This document shows positions 10,682 through 22,944 of a stretch of 64,000 nt of DNA, in pieces. Numbering within the stretch: the first letter of the stretch is position 1; each line of letters begins with the position of its first letter. The notes beneath the pieces were generated by a model. The model had not been told where the DNA came from, ran no database searches, and was given only the letters and a program-made list of their open reading frames with translations. Source of the DNA: an uncultured delta proteobacterium (lineage in GTDB: Bacteria > Desulfobacterota > RBG-13-43-22); assembly GCA_963743305.1 (NCBI GenBank), contig CAVUPH010000006.1:181292-245291 (forward strand), given 5' to 3'. The position numbers and the translations under genes were made by a program.

Positions 10682-11089
10682 TCAGGCCACTTCTTTTCTT
10701 AGTATTTCCCCGGCCAGGGAAATGCTTCGCTTTCCGGAGGTCCGTACTTCTTCGGCCAGTTGATTCAGGGATTTTCCGCCTCGCTGGGTGGCGAGATGAA
10801 TCAGCATAGGGAGGTTGACACCGGTCACCACCTCCACCTTACCTTCTTCCAAGAAGGAAAGACTGATATTGGAAGGGGTCCCGCCGAACATATCGGCCAG
10901 GATCAGGATGCCGTCACCGGAGTCCACCTGCTCAATGGCCGAGGCTACCTCGCGGCGCAGCAGGTCCACTTTCGCGTTGGGGTCCAGGGACACGGCTTGT
11001 ACGCCTTTGATCTTCCCGGTTATGAATTCAGCGGCCCTGACCAATTCTTCGCTTAATTTGCAATGACCTACCACAATGATACCAATCAT
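10682..11089 (-). CDS. PTS mannose/fructose-type EIIA component
   Basis: IIVVGH, DMFGGTPSN, GVNLPML. Confidence 0.9.
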   Translation of the reverse strand: MIGIIVVGHCKLSEELVRAAEFITGKIKGVQAVSLDPNAKVDLLRREVASAIEQVDSGDGILILADMFGGTPSNISLSFLEEGKVEVVTGVNLPMLIHLATQRGGKSLNQLAEEVRTSGKRSISLAGEILRKEVA

Positions 11090-11120
11090 ATCTAATAACC
11101 TCGCCAAAAACCGATTAACC

Positions 11121-11204
11121 GTTGATGTGGTTGATTTGGTTTATTTCGTTGGTTTCGTTTTGAAAACCAAAGAAACCAAAAGAGCCAAATCAACGAAATA
11201 AACC
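11121..11204. repeat. inverted arrays of 9-mer repeats
   Basis: gttgatgtg gttgatttg gtttatttc gttggtttc facing aaccaaaga aaccaaaag agccaaatc aacgaaata; 18-bp near-perfect IR 11138-11155/11187-11204. Confidence 0.7.
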
Positions 11205-11205
11205 C

Positions 11206-12087
11206 TCACCCCATTTGGATGTCCCGGTGCTTGGTATTGACCATCAAATCCCGCTTCCTCAAAAAAACCGCCAAGGCATTGACGATGGCCACCGAGCGAT
11301 GGCGCCCGCCGGTACAACCCACGGCAATGGTCAGATTGGATTTCCCTTCCTTTTGATATTCCGGGATCAGGAAAGAAATCAGTTTATAAAAATCCCTCAG
11401 GAAGGTCGTGGTTTCTTTCCATTTCATGATGTAATCGGCCACCGATTTTTGATTTCCATCCAAATCCTTTAACTCGGAGACAAAGAAAGGATTGGGTAAA
11501 AACCGAACATCCATTACTATATCGGCGTCGTAAGGCAACCCGTATTTGTAGCCGAAAGAAACCAAATGAACGACCATGGGGGGAGGGGACGCCACCCGAG
11601 AAAACAAACGCAGGATCTCCTCCCGCAACTGGTGCACATTCAAATTGGAGGTATCCAGCCGGTAGGTGGCCAACTTTTGGATGGGGGCCATTTTCCGGCG
11701 TTCCAATTGGATGTTTCCGGATAAAGTTTTGCCATCGCCCAAAGGATGGTGACGACGGGTTTGGCTGAATCGTCGGGCCAGGACTTCGTTTTCCGCGTAT
11801 AAGAACAGTATTTCGATCAGGTAGCCCTTGCGTTTGATTTCCTGATAGATCTTGGGAAATTTGGTCAGGAAATCCTTGCCCCGCAGATCCATGACCAGGG
11901 CGATTTTAAAAACCTCCTTGGAGATTTCGTCTTTCAAATCCAGGAAACGCGGCAGCAAAGTGACGGGGAGGTTGTCGATGCAAAAAAAACCGATATCTTC
12001 GAAGGCCTTAAGGGCGGTACTCTTGCCGGACCCGGAAAGGCCGCTGATAATAACCAAACGGATATTTTTCGTGGGTTTGAGGGCCAT
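11206..12087 (-). CDS. rapZ: RNase adapter RapZ
   Basis: SGLSGSGKS, CIDNLP, SFGYKYG, DVRFLPNP, GCTGGRHRS. Confidence 0.95.
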   Translation of the reverse strand: MALKPTKNIRLVIISGLSGSGKSTALKAFEDIGFFCIDNLPVTLLPRFLDLKDEISKEVFKIALVMDLRGKDFLTKFPKIYQEIKRKGYLIEILFLYAENEVLARRFSQTRRHHPLGDGKTLSGNIQLERRKMAPIQKLATYRLDTSNLNVHQLREEILRLFSRVASPPPMVVHLVSFGYKYGLPYDADIVMDVRFLPNPFFVSELKDLDGNQKSVADYIMKWKETTTFLRDFYKLISFLIPEYQKEGKSNLTIAVGCTGGRHRSVAIVNALAVFLRKRDLMVNTKHRDIQMG

Positions 12088-12155
12088 GCCGTTGTGGCGA
12101 TATCCTCTTCCCGCCCGGGGCGAAGAAAGATCTAGCCAAAAATATTTGAAATATT

Positions 12156-12217
12156 TTTAGATTCTTACATCCATTATTAGAGACAGATTCTCAGAACAAT
12201 GGATGTAAGAATCTAAA
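12156..12217. repeat. 62-bp palindrome with 20-bp perfect arms
   Basis: tttagattcttacatccatt ... aatggatgtaagaatctaaa; right arm contains the ptsN stop codon. Confidence 0.85.
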
Positions 12218-12677
12218 GGGTCAGGTCATCCTGGTCCTGAATCAATTTTTGCAATTCTTTCTGGCCATTCGCGTTGGCCAAGCTTTCCTTGAAAAGGCTG
12301 TTTTTTAAGAAACGGGAAATCTTGGCCAGGGCCTTAAGATGGTCTCCGGCGGAATTTTCAGGGGCGATCAATACAAAAAAATAATGCGCCGGTTTTCCAT
12401 CCATGGAGTCGAAAGGAATCCCCGCCCGGGATCGTCCAAAACAGATGATCATTTGATTAATAGACTTGGACTTACCATGGGGGATCGCAAAACCGTCGCC
12501 AATGCCGGTGCTCCCCAACTTTTCCCGATCCTTGAGAATTTGGAGTAATTTCTCCGCCGACACTCCGGAGAAATTCCGAGCAATCCGATCGGCCAATTCC
12601 ATTAAAACCTCTTCCTTGGTCCGGGCGGCGAGTTCGGGAATGATGAGTTCCGGGTTTAGAAAATCACTAATTTTCAT
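12213..12677 (-). CDS. ptsN: PTS EIIA(Ntr)
   Basis: REKLGSTGIG.G.AIPH, FDSMDGKP, HLKALAKISR; rpoN operon context. Confidence 0.92.
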   Translation of the reverse strand: MKISDFLNPELIIPELAARTKEEVLMELADRIARNFSGVSAEKLLQILKDREKLGSTGIGDGFAIPHGKSKSINQMIICFGRSRAGIPFDSMDGKPAHYFFVLIAPENSAGDHLKALAKISRFLKNSLFKESLANANGQKELQKLIQDQDDLTL

Positions 12678-12681
12678 TTAT

Positions 12682-13221
12682 TTAATTGGTAGGCTCGATC
12701 AGCCCGAAATTGCCGTCTTTCCGTTTATAAAGGACGTTGATGACTCGGGATTTGGAATTGGTAAAGACCAGGAACTCACTGCTGGATAGTTTTAGCTGCA
12801 GGGAAGCCTCTTCCACATCCATAGGCTTGGCAAATATTCTTTCCGTCCGGATCACTTCCGGGGTCAGGGCCGGTGTTTCTTCTTCTTCAGGGAACTCCAT
12901 CTCCTTATCGCCGGACTTTGACCAGTTTTCGGGATTATGGTCTTTCAGCTTTTCCCGCTGGCGCTTGATCTGCTTTTCAATTTTATCCATGACCATATCT
13001 ATGGCCGCATAAAGGTCTCCGGTCTCCTCCTGGGCTTTGATTTTGATCCCGTTGGCGTTTATGGAAATATCGGCCAGGTGTCGAAATTTTTGAACGGAGA
13101 GTACCACATGAACTTCAATCGGTTCTTCCATTATTTTTTTCAACCGGTTCAACCGGGTCTCGGCATAATTTTTCAAATGATCCGACGGATCGAGATTCCG
13201 AAAAGTTACGGAAATTTTCAT
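12682..13221 (-). CDS. hpf: ribosome hibernation factor (long HPF)
   Basis: DLYAAID..KIEKQ; C-terminal KPMDVEEA..FLVF.N..INVLYKRKDG. Confidence 0.92.
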   Translation of the reverse strand: MKISVTFRNLDPSDHLKNYAETRLNRLKKIMEEPIEVHVVLSVQKFRHLADISINANGIKIKAQEETGDLYAAIDMVMDKIEKQIKRQREKLKDHNPENWSKSGDKEMEFPEEEETPALTPEVIRTERIFAKPMDVEEASLQLKLSSSEFLVFTNSKSRVINVLYKRKDGNFGLIEPTN

Positions 13222-14753
13222 AGTCCCTCCTCTGTTTGAATGATGGAATCTTCCTCTGGAGAATGATCCGGCACTTTGTTTTTTTCATTGATTCCGCCCG
13301 GGCCAAAATCCGGGTGTTTTCTTTTGCTGGAAGGTAAGATACCAAGAATTTCTCGATACTTGGCCACCGTTCGCCGAGCGATATGGATTTTTTCCCGTCG
13401 GAGCATCTCGGTAATTTCCTGATCGCTTAATGGTCGACGGTGGTCCTCCCGGGCGACGAACTGCCGAATTTTTTCCTTGACGCTTTCCGCAGCCACACCC
13501 TCCCCGTCCGGTCCGGGCAGCGAGCCATTAAAGAAAAACTTGAGTTCAAAAATACCTCGCGGGGTATGCACATACTTGTTGGTCGTCACCCGGCTGACGG
13601 TCGACTCGTGCATTTCCACATCTTCGGCCACATCCCGCAAAATCAGGGGCTTCAAGCCGGAAAGGCCGTGATCTAAAAACCCCCTTTGAATTTTAAAAAT
13701 GCTCTCGGTCACCCGGTAAATGGTTCGCTGCCGCTGTTGAATACTTTTGATCAACCAGAGGGCCGAGCGCAGCTTTTCCTGAATATATTCCCTGGCCCCT
13801 TCCGGCATCTGTTCTTTGTCATTTAACGCCTTGCGGTAAAAGGAGTTGATCCGTAAGCGGGGCAGGCCATCATCGTTCAGGACGATGATATATTCGTCGC
13901 CCACCTTATAGATAAAAATGTCCGGACTGATATACTGCGGCTCTTCGGTACTGAAGGCCCGTCCCGGTTTGGGATTTAATTGCAGAATAATCCGGACGGC
14001 CTGATAGATTTCTTCCAGGGGGGCCTGCAGGATCTTGGCCAGGGCGGGGTAATTTTTTGTTTCTAAGAGATGAATATGGTTTTGAATTATTTCTTCCACC
14101 CAGGGCACCCGGTCCCCCAGATGTCGGATTTGAATCAGCAGGCATTCCTTCAAATCCCGCGCGGCCACCCCCAGCGGATCAAATTCTTGGATGGCCAGCA
14201 AGACTTTTTCAACCGCTTCCGGGGTCTCCTGGGTCGCGACGGCGATTTCTTCGAGCGAAGCGGACAGGTAGCCGTTCCGATCGAGATTGCCGATGATTTC
14301 GGTCCCCATCTTTTGTTCGGCGGGAGAAAAAACGGATAAGGATAATTGCCAAATTAAATGTTCGGCCAGGGAAACCTTGCGGGTAAGAATATTTTCATAG
14401 GAGGGGAGTTCGCGGTCTTCGGTCCCCTCATCTTGGTGGGGGGCGCTGTATTCATTCAGATAGTTATCCCAGTCCAAATCCTGCAAGGCACCTAAGGCCC
14501 CTTCGGAGAGGTCCACCTCACCGGTCGGAGCTTCCACCTCGGGTAAGGCTTCCTGACCTTCCTTTTCCCCCGGCAGATACTCCGGTTCCTCGACATTCAA
14601 ATCTTCCAACACCGGGTTGGCTTCGATTTCCTGAGTCAAGGTTTCCAGCAACTCCAACCGGGAAAGCTGCAGCAATTTGATCGCCTGTTGAAGCTGGGGC
14701 GTCATAATCAACTGCTGGGAAAGCTTGAGCTGTTGTCTAATTTCCAGACCCAT
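13218..14753 (-). CDS. rpoN: RNA polymerase sigma-54 factor
   Basis: MTPQLQQAIKLLQ, HESTVSR, RpoN box ARRTVAKYRE. Confidence 0.97.
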   Translation of the reverse strand: MGLEIRQQLKLSQQLIMTPQLQQAIKLLQLSRLELLETLTQEIEANPVLEDLNVEEPEYLPGEKEGQEALPEVEAPTGEVDLSEGALGALQDLDWDNYLNEYSAPHQDEGTEDRELPSYENILTRKVSLAEHLIWQLSLSVFSPAEQKMGTEIIGNLDRNGYLSASLEEIAVATQETPEAVEKVLLAIQEFDPLGVAARDLKECLLIQIRHLGDRVPWVEEIIQNHIHLLETKNYPALAKILQAPLEEIYQAVRIILQLNPKPGRAFSTEEPQYISPDIFIYKVGDEYIIVLNDDGLPRLRINSFYRKALNDKEQMPEGAREYIQEKLRSALWLIKSIQQRQRTIYRVTESIFKIQRGFLDHGLSGLKPLILRDVAEDVEMHESTVSRVTTNKYVHTPRGIFELKFFFNGSLPGPDGEGVAAESVKEKIRQFVAREDHRRPLSDQEITEMLRREKIHIARRTVAKYREILGILPSSKRKHPDFGPGGINEKNKVPDHSPEEDSIIQTEEGL

Positions 14754-15478
14754 TAATTCAACCTGAATTTCTCGCCAAGGTAAATCTTCTTGGCTAATTC
14801 GCTTTCGGCCAATTCCTCCGGACTCCCCTCCTCCAAAATGACCCCCTCATTCAGAATGTAGGCCCGATCGCAAACCGACAAGGTTTCCCGGACGTTGTGA
14901 TCGGAAATGAGGATCCCGATGTTTTTTTCCTTCAACTGGCGGATGATGTTTTGAATATCATTGACCGCCAAGGGATCGATACCGGCAAAGGGTTCATCCA
15001 ACAGCATAATTTGAGGCGCCGTGACCAAGGCCCGGGTTATTTCCACCCGGCGCCGTTCGCCTCCGGACAGGGAATAGGCCTTATTCCGGGCCAAATGACT
15101 GAGCTTCAATTCTTTGAGCAATGACTCCAAGCGCCCTTCCCTCTCGGGAGAAGATAAGTCCAGGGTTTCCAGGATGGCCATGATATTCTCGGCCACCGTT
15201 AGTTTGGTAAAGACCGACGGCTCCTGGGGCAGGTAATTAATGCCTTTCCGCGCCCTTTGGTACATCGGCAATTCGCGAATGTCCTCCCCGTCGAACAAGA
15301 TCCGCCCTTGATTGGGACGGGTTAACCCGACGATCATGTAAAAGGTGGTAGTTTTCCCGGCCCCGTTGGGCCCCAGCAGCCCCACGATCTCACCCTGGCT
15401 CAATTGCAGAGAAACCCGATTCACCACGGCCTTCCGGTGATAGAACTTGACCAGTTCCTGGACAGAGAGTTGTTTCAT
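14753..15478 (-). CDS. lptB: LPS export ABC ATPase
   Basis: [43 protein letters not shown]. Confidence 0.96.
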   Translation of the reverse strand: MKQLSVQELVKFYHRKAVVNRVSLQLSQGEIVGLLGPNGAGKTTTFYMIVGLTRPNQGRILFDGEDIRELPMYQRARKGINYLPQEPSVFTKLTVAENIMAILETLDLSSPEREGRLESLLKELKLSHLARNKAYSLSGGERRRVEITRALVTAPQIMLLDEPFAGIDPLAVNDIQNIIRQLKEKNIGILISDHNVRETLSVCDRAYILNEGVILEEGSPEELAESELAKKIYLGEKFRLN

Positions 15479-15486
15479 GGGAAGAA

Positions 15487-16071
15487 CTACTTTTTTTCCT
15501 CTTGGTGAATGACCGCCTGAACCCGATTGGCTCCTTTACTGGTGACCTGGCTGCGGTTTTCCCTGATCCAGACCGTGATTTCCTCGCCCTTAACCAAATT
15601 TTTCCCCTGCCAGACCTTGGGATTCCCCGTCAACACTATTTTTTGTTCGTCGTTGAAGAAAGTAGCGTTTTCCCCCGTAGCCACATCTTCTCCCTGGACG
15701 ATCTTTACGTGGCCGGTGGCGATTATCTTATCGATCTTGCTCTGTTGCGACAAGCCTTCCTTTTTTTCGGGTTTGGGGGCCTGGCTCAGCCCGGGCTTTT
15801 TTTCCGTGTCGCCGGTATAATAGACAGTCAGTTTGTCACAGTAGATATAAAGCGTTTCCTTTTCCTGGAGCTGTTTGGCCACTACGGACCCGGAAAAGGT
15901 AGCGATCTTGGCTTTATTATCGGCGTCCAGGGTGTCGGAGGTCACCACGATGGGATTCTTACTGCCGCCGACGGGCTTTTCCCCGGCCCCCCAGGCCGGG
16001 GAATGAAAAAAGGAAAGTCCCAGCATTCCCGCCAATAGGGCCGACATCACTATTTTGCCTGTCTTAATCAT
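15487..16071 (-). CDS. lptA: LPS transport periplasmic protein
   Basis: Signal peptide, OstA-like beta-jellyroll pattern, between lptC and lptB. Confidence 0.85.
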   Translation of the reverse strand: MIKTGKIVMSALLAGMLGLSFFHSPAWGAGEKPVGGSKNPIVVTSDTLDADNKAKIATFSGSVVAKQLQEKETLYIYCDKLTVYYTGDTEKKPGLSQAPKPEKKEGLSQQSKIDKIIATGHVKIVQGEDVATGENATFFNDEQKIVLTGNPKVWQGKNLVKGEEITVWIRENRSQVTSKGANRVQAVIHQEEKK

Positions 16072-16136
16072 CGATCCTCCCTGACCCAACCCGGATGTCG
16101 GGCTTATGAATTAAAGGCTCCCCACGGAATTGGCCT

Positions 16137-16718
16137 TTATCCGCGGTTCGGCCCCTTAAAAAATTCCTGATAAAAAGTGGTCCTGGCCTTGTTTTTGATA
16201 AACAGTCTTTGGGAATCCAGTTGCATAATAGCCCCCCGGCCTTCCACCATTATTTCCGGGCCCTTGAACGTCACCACCCCGTCGGTGCACACCTCCCTTG
16301 TTTCGTCCCGGTAATAAAGGGTCGGAGCTTTCAACTCATAGCCCCTCTCTGATAAAATGACGACTTCGCCTTCCATATAAATATTTTTGGTCTGGGTATC
16401 TAAATAGCCCCGGTTCCCCACCAAGGAGATGGGTTTATCCTCTTTGGGGAAATAGAGGATGGTTACCTTCTTAAAGGAAACCAGATTCTTGTCCTTCTGG
16501 TACTCCACCTCCTCGGCCTTCAACTCCCAGAGTTTAACCCCGTCCTTGACTTGTGAGAAATTGATTTCTTTTAAACCCACATTACCGGGTGTTTGCCCGG
16601 TGACCGGTTTTTGGGATGGAACGATGGTGGGTTTCTGAGTCCTGAAGGCGTACAGGCCGATCCAAAAAGCGACCACGCACAGGATCCCGATCATCAGCAG
16701 ATTTTTAACTTTCTTCAT
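16137..16718 (-). CDS. lptC: LPS export protein LptC
   Basis: N-terminal TM anchor, WELKA motif, synteny. Confidence 0.8.
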   Translation of the reverse strand: MKKVKNLLMIGILCVVAFWIGLYAFRTQKPTIVPSQKPVTGQTPGNVGLKEINFSQVKDGVKLWELKAEEVEYQKDKNLVSFKKVTILYFPKEDKPISLVGNRGYLDTQTKNIYMEGEVVILSERGYELKAPTLYYRDETREVCTDGVVTFKGPEIMVEGRGAIMQLDSQRLFIKNKARTTFYQEFFKGPNRG

Positions 16719-16773
16719 TCAGTTATTATACTCACAATGCCGTTGATAGGTCAATGAGACAATTCCCGGGAGG

Positions 16774-17322
16774 CTACTCCTCAAGGTCCAGGGCGTACCC
16801 GTTCACTATCTCTTTCCATTTACTCTGGGACTTCAGGATTTCCTCGGCCACCTCTCGAACCGCGCCCCAACCGCCAGATTTTCGGGTCACATAACCCACG
16901 GATCGATGGGTCAAGGGATGTCCGTTCGGGACTCCGATCGACAACCCCACTCGTTGCAGGAGCGGGAGATCGGCTAGATCATCCCCCATGTAGGCCACCT
17001 GTTTCAGGTTCCAGCCTTTATTCCTCAGCAAGCCTTGGACCACAGCCCACTTATCCTGAATATCCTGGAAAAGCAAGGAAATTCCGAGTTCTCCGGCCCG
17101 GGCCAGGACGGACCCGGAGGAGCGCCCGGAAATGATCCCCACCTCTATTCCGGCCTTTAGCAACCAGCGGATTCCCTGGCCGTCATGAACGTGAAAAATT
17201 TTCCTTTCCTTCCCGCGTTCATCCAACTGAATGCGTCCGTCGGTTAAAACGCCGTCCACGTCCAGCAGGAGTACCGCCACCCCGCGGGCCTTTCGTCGAA
17301 AATCATTTTTGGCAGCGGTCAA
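16774..17322 (-). CDS. kdsC: KDO-8-phosphate phosphatase
   Basis: LDVDGVLTDG, ISGR, YMGDD..D, GAVRE. Confidence 0.92.
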   Translation of the reverse strand: MTAAKNDFRRKARGVAVLLLDVDGVLTDGRIQLDERGKERKIFHVHDGQGIRWLLKAGIEVGIISGRSSGSVLARAGELGISLLFQDIQDKWAVVQGLLRNKGWNLKQVAYMGDDLADLPLLQRVGLSIGVPNGHPLTHRSVGYVTRKSGGWGAVREVAEEILKSQSKWKEIVNGYALDLEE

Positions 17323-17354
17323 GGATTCCTCGGAATAATCATTGAAAAAAGAAG

Positions 17355-19909
<2,555 letters not shown>

Positions 19910-19954
19910 CTAAAAAGTCAACTTTCCCCTCCGGTTTTGTCACTGTTATTAAAT

Positions 19955-20299
19955 AAGGTTGTTCGCCCTTTTGGGTGGGTGGCCACAATATCTGGTAGAT
20001 TAGACTAAAATCAGGCCTTCGTGGCCGATGGGTCTCGGCGAAAGGGTTTTCCACCTTGCTTTATAGGTTCTAACCCGGCCCCCATGTTTCTAAATCTTCA
20101 CGGAGGCAGGGCCGGCCGAAGAGGCATCAAAAGCCTTTGAGTTTGGGCCTGCTTCAAATAAAATTGGTAATTTAGGCCCGGATTCAAAGTCCGGAGTACC
20201 TTTGGAAAGCCCTTTCGCCAAGACCCGGCGGCCACGGAGACCCGATTTCAAAAAAAAACACCCGATAGCCTAGCCGCTATCCCCAAAGGGCGAAGCGAC
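19955..20299 (-). mobile_element. ~345-bp non-coding MITE-like element, copy B
   Basis: Reverse complement aligns along its length with 3175-3495; same terminal and internal IRs. Confidence 0.8.
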
Positions 20300-20311
20300 A
20301 ACTTATTTTAA

Positions 20312-20340
20312 TTGACAAAATTATGAGAATATTTTAATCT
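20312..20340 (+). promoter_or_regulatory. sigma70-type promoter of the rpsF operon
   Basis: TTGACA-17 bp-TAATCT. Confidence 0.65.
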
Positions 20341-20348
20341 ATTCATTT

Positions 20349-20391
20349 CTCCTTGCTCCCTATGAGGGGGGCTATACTATCCGTAAGGAGG
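20349..20391 (+). promoter_or_regulatory. S6:S18 ribosomal protein leader (rpsF leader)
   Basis: CTCCTTG pairs with TAAGGAG (SD) with an unpaired CCG immediately 5' of it, the described S6:S18-binding architecture. Confidence 0.8.
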
Positions 20392-20395
20392 TTCT

Positions 20396-20824
20396 ATGCG
20401 CAGGTACGAAGTGGTATTTATTGTTCATCCGGACTTGACGGATGAAGAGATCAAAGCGGTCAGCGATCGCTACGGCGAAATGATCGTGTCCCTAAAAGGG
20501 ACGGTCATCAAAACCGAGGACTGGGGCCGAAGGAAATTAGCCTACGACATCAAAAAACAATCCAAAGGCGCTTATTCCCTGATTGATTTTTACGGCCCTG
20601 GAAATATGATCAAGGAAATTGAACGTAATTTCAATATTGACGACAAAATCTTAAAGTTTCTCACGGTTAAAATCAAAGACCCCTTTGACCCCGCCCAGTT
20701 GGAGCAGGAAAAGGAAGAAGCGATTCAGCCGGAATCTCTGATCTCCCCTGAAGAAATGGACGAAGGGTCTGAAAAATCCGTCGAAGTTCCAGAAAAGTCT
20801 GAAGCGGAAGAGGAGGGAGAATAG
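20396..20824 (+). CDS. rpsF: 30S ribosomal protein S6
   Basis: [16 protein letters not shown]; acidic tail. Confidence 0.97.
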   Translation: MRRYEVVFIVHPDLTDEEIKAVSDRYGEMIVSLKGTVIKTEDWGRRKLAYDIKKQSKGAYSLIDFYGPGNMIKEIERNFNIDDKILKFLTVKIKDPFDPAQLEQEKEEAIQPESLISPEEMDEGSEKSVEVPEKSEAEEEGE

Positions 20825-20826
20825 CC

Positions 20827-21081
20827 ATGCCTATACCCCAGAATAGAAGAAAAAAACGCGTTTTTACCAGACGTAAAATCTGCCGATTTTGCGCCGACAA
20901 GACCATGCATATTGATTACAAGGACATGAAGACGCTCAAATACTTTACTACCGAGCGGGGGAAGATCATTCCCCGGCGCATCTCCGGCAACTGCGCGAAA
21001 CACCAGAGGGAACTTACGGTAGCTATCAAAAGAACCCGTCAAATTGCCTTATTGCCCTACTTGTCCAAGACAACCAGTTAA
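20827..21081 (+). CDS. rpsR: 30S ribosomal protein S18
   Basis: [25 protein letters not shown]. Confidence 0.97.
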   Translation: MPIPQNRRKKRVFTRRKICRFCADKTMHIDYKDMKTLKYFTTERGKIIPRRISGNCAKHQRELTVAIKRTRQIALLPYLSKTTS

Positions 21082-21128
21082 CCGGAGGCTTCAGACCCTG
21101 GCATTAGATTCGAATCGGAGGACCGTTT

Positions 21129-21575
21129 ATGAAGCTTATTTTAAAAGAGGATGTGCCCCACCTGGGTAAAGCCGGTGATTTAGTGGAAGTGGCCCGGGGC
21201 TACGGACGCAATTTTTTGGTTCCCCAGGGCAAGGCTCTCGACGCCACGGCCCATCACCTCAGGGAGGTGGAGGAACAGAAACGCTTGATTATCAAAAAAA
21301 CGACCAAAGACCTGGAAGGGGCTCAAAAATTGGCGGAACAAATCAACGCCTTGGAGCTGACCCTTTCCCGGAAGGTTTCCGATGGTGAAAAAATATTCGG
21401 TTCGGTGACCTCCAAAGACTTGGCCGAAGCCCTGGCCAAAGCCCAGATAACGTTTGACCGCAAAAATATACTTCTGGATGAGCCGATCCGGACCTTGGGG
21501 GATTTTGAAATCCCTTTGAAGGTTCATACCGGAATAACAGCCCAACTTCGCCTCAAGGTGTCTGAAGAAAAATAG
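21129..21575 (+). CDS. rplI: 50S ribosomal protein L9
   Basis: LGKAGD.V.V..GYGRNFL.P, KIFGSVT. Confidence 0.97.
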   Translation: MKLILKEDVPHLGKAGDLVEVARGYGRNFLVPQGKALDATAHHLREVEEQKRLIIKKTTKDLEGAQKLAEQINALELTLSRKVSDGEKIFGSVTSKDLAEALAKAQITFDRKNILLDEPIRTLGDFEIPLKVHTGITAQLRLKVSEEK

Positions 21576-21581
21576 TATCTT

Positions 21582-22934
21582 ATGCGCCCCTCTGAGGAAG
21601 CGGCCCTTAAGGTACCCCCTCAAAACATTGAAGCCGAACAATCGGTCCTGGGGGGCATCCTCCTCGAACCCGAGGCCCTGTCCCGTATCTTGGAAATTCT
21701 GCAGGAAGATGATTTTTATCGAGAAGGGCACCGCAAGATATTCTTCGCCATGGTGGCCCTCTACCAGAAAGGGACACCGGTCGATCTCATCACTTTGACC
21801 GAATCCCTTCTCTCCCGGCAAAATCTGGAGGGGATCGGGGGGGCCAGTTATTTAACCTCCCTGACGGATGCCATCCCCTCCGCCGTCAATATTGAAGTCT
21901 ATGCCCGGATCGTCCGGGAAAAAGCCATCCTCCGACGCCTGATCAACATCACCACGGAAATCGCCAGCAAATGTTATCAATTCTCCGGAGAGGTGGAGGA
22001 TATTTTAGACCAGGCTGAAAAATCAATTTTTGAAATCACCGCCGCCAAAATCACCCCCCATATTTACCCCCTGAGCGAGGTCATCAAAGACAGCTTTCAG
22101 ACCATAGAAGCGCTTTACGAGCGCAAAGAACGCATCAGTGGGGTTCCCACCGGATTCACCAAACTGGATCAACTGACATCGGGATTTCAACCTTCGGACC
22201 TGATCATTATCGCCGGACGCCCGAGCATGGGCAAAACGGCTTTTGCCCTGGATATTGCCCGCAACGCCGCTACCCAGGCCGAGATCCCAGCGGTCATTTT
22301 CTCCCTGGAAATGTCCCGCCAACAATTGGCTATCCGCATGTTGTGCAGTGAAGCCCGGGTGGATTCTTACAAGCTGCGGAGCGGTTTTATCGGAGAACGG
22401 GACTGGCCGCGGTTGACCAATGCCGCCGGCCTGCTCTCCGAAGCGCCGATTTATATCGACGACTCCCCGGGACTCACCGTGCTGCAGATGCGGGCCAAAG
22501 CCCGACGGTTAAAATCGGAGAAGGGATTGGGGCTGGCGGTGGTCGATTATCTCCAGTTGATGAGCGGTCGGGGAGGATCGGACCGCCGGGAACAGGAGAT
22601 CTCGGAGATTTCACGTTCTCTCAAGGCCTTAGCCAAGGAACTCAACATACCCGTGGTGGCCCTCTCCCAGTTGAATCGCAAGGTGGAAGATCGTACCGAC
22701 CGACGTCCCTTTATGGCCGATTTAAGAGAATCCGGGGCCATCGAACAGGACGCGGACGTGATTTTGTTCATCTACCGGGACGAGATGTATGATGAGAATT
22801 CGAAACAGAAAGGAACCGCTGAGGTCATCATCGGCAAACAGCGTAACGGCCCGATCGGGAAAATCACGCTGTCCTTTATAAATCAATACACCCGATTTGA
22901 AAATTTGGCCGGCGACGACGGGGAACCGTTCTAA
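21582..22934 (+). CDS. dnaB: replicative DNA helicase
   Basis: PPQNIEAEQSVLG, GRPSMGKT, DYLQL, SQLNR, LRESGAIEQDAD. Confidence 0.98.
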   Translation: MRPSEEAALKVPPQNIEAEQSVLGGILLEPEALSRILEILQEDDFYREGHRKIFFAMVALYQKGTPVDLITLTESLLSRQNLEGIGGASYLTSLTDAIPSAVNIEVYARIVREKAILRRLINITTEIASKCYQFSGEVEDILDQAEKSIFEITAAKITPHIYPLSEVIKDSFQTIEALYERKERISGVPTGFTKLDQLTSGFQPSDLIIIAGRPSMGKTAFALDIARNAATQAEIPAVIFSLEMSRQQLAIRMLCSEARVDSYKLRSGFIGERDWPRLTNAAGLLSEAPIYIDDSPGLTVLQMRAKARRLKSEKGLGLAVVDYLQLMSGRGGSDRREQEISEISRSLKALAKELNIPVVALSQLNRKVEDRTDRRPFMADLRESGAIEQDADVILFIYRDEMYDENSKQKGTAEVIIGKQRNGPIGKITLSFINQYTRFENLAGDDGEPF

Positions 22935-22944
22935 GGAGGACCCT

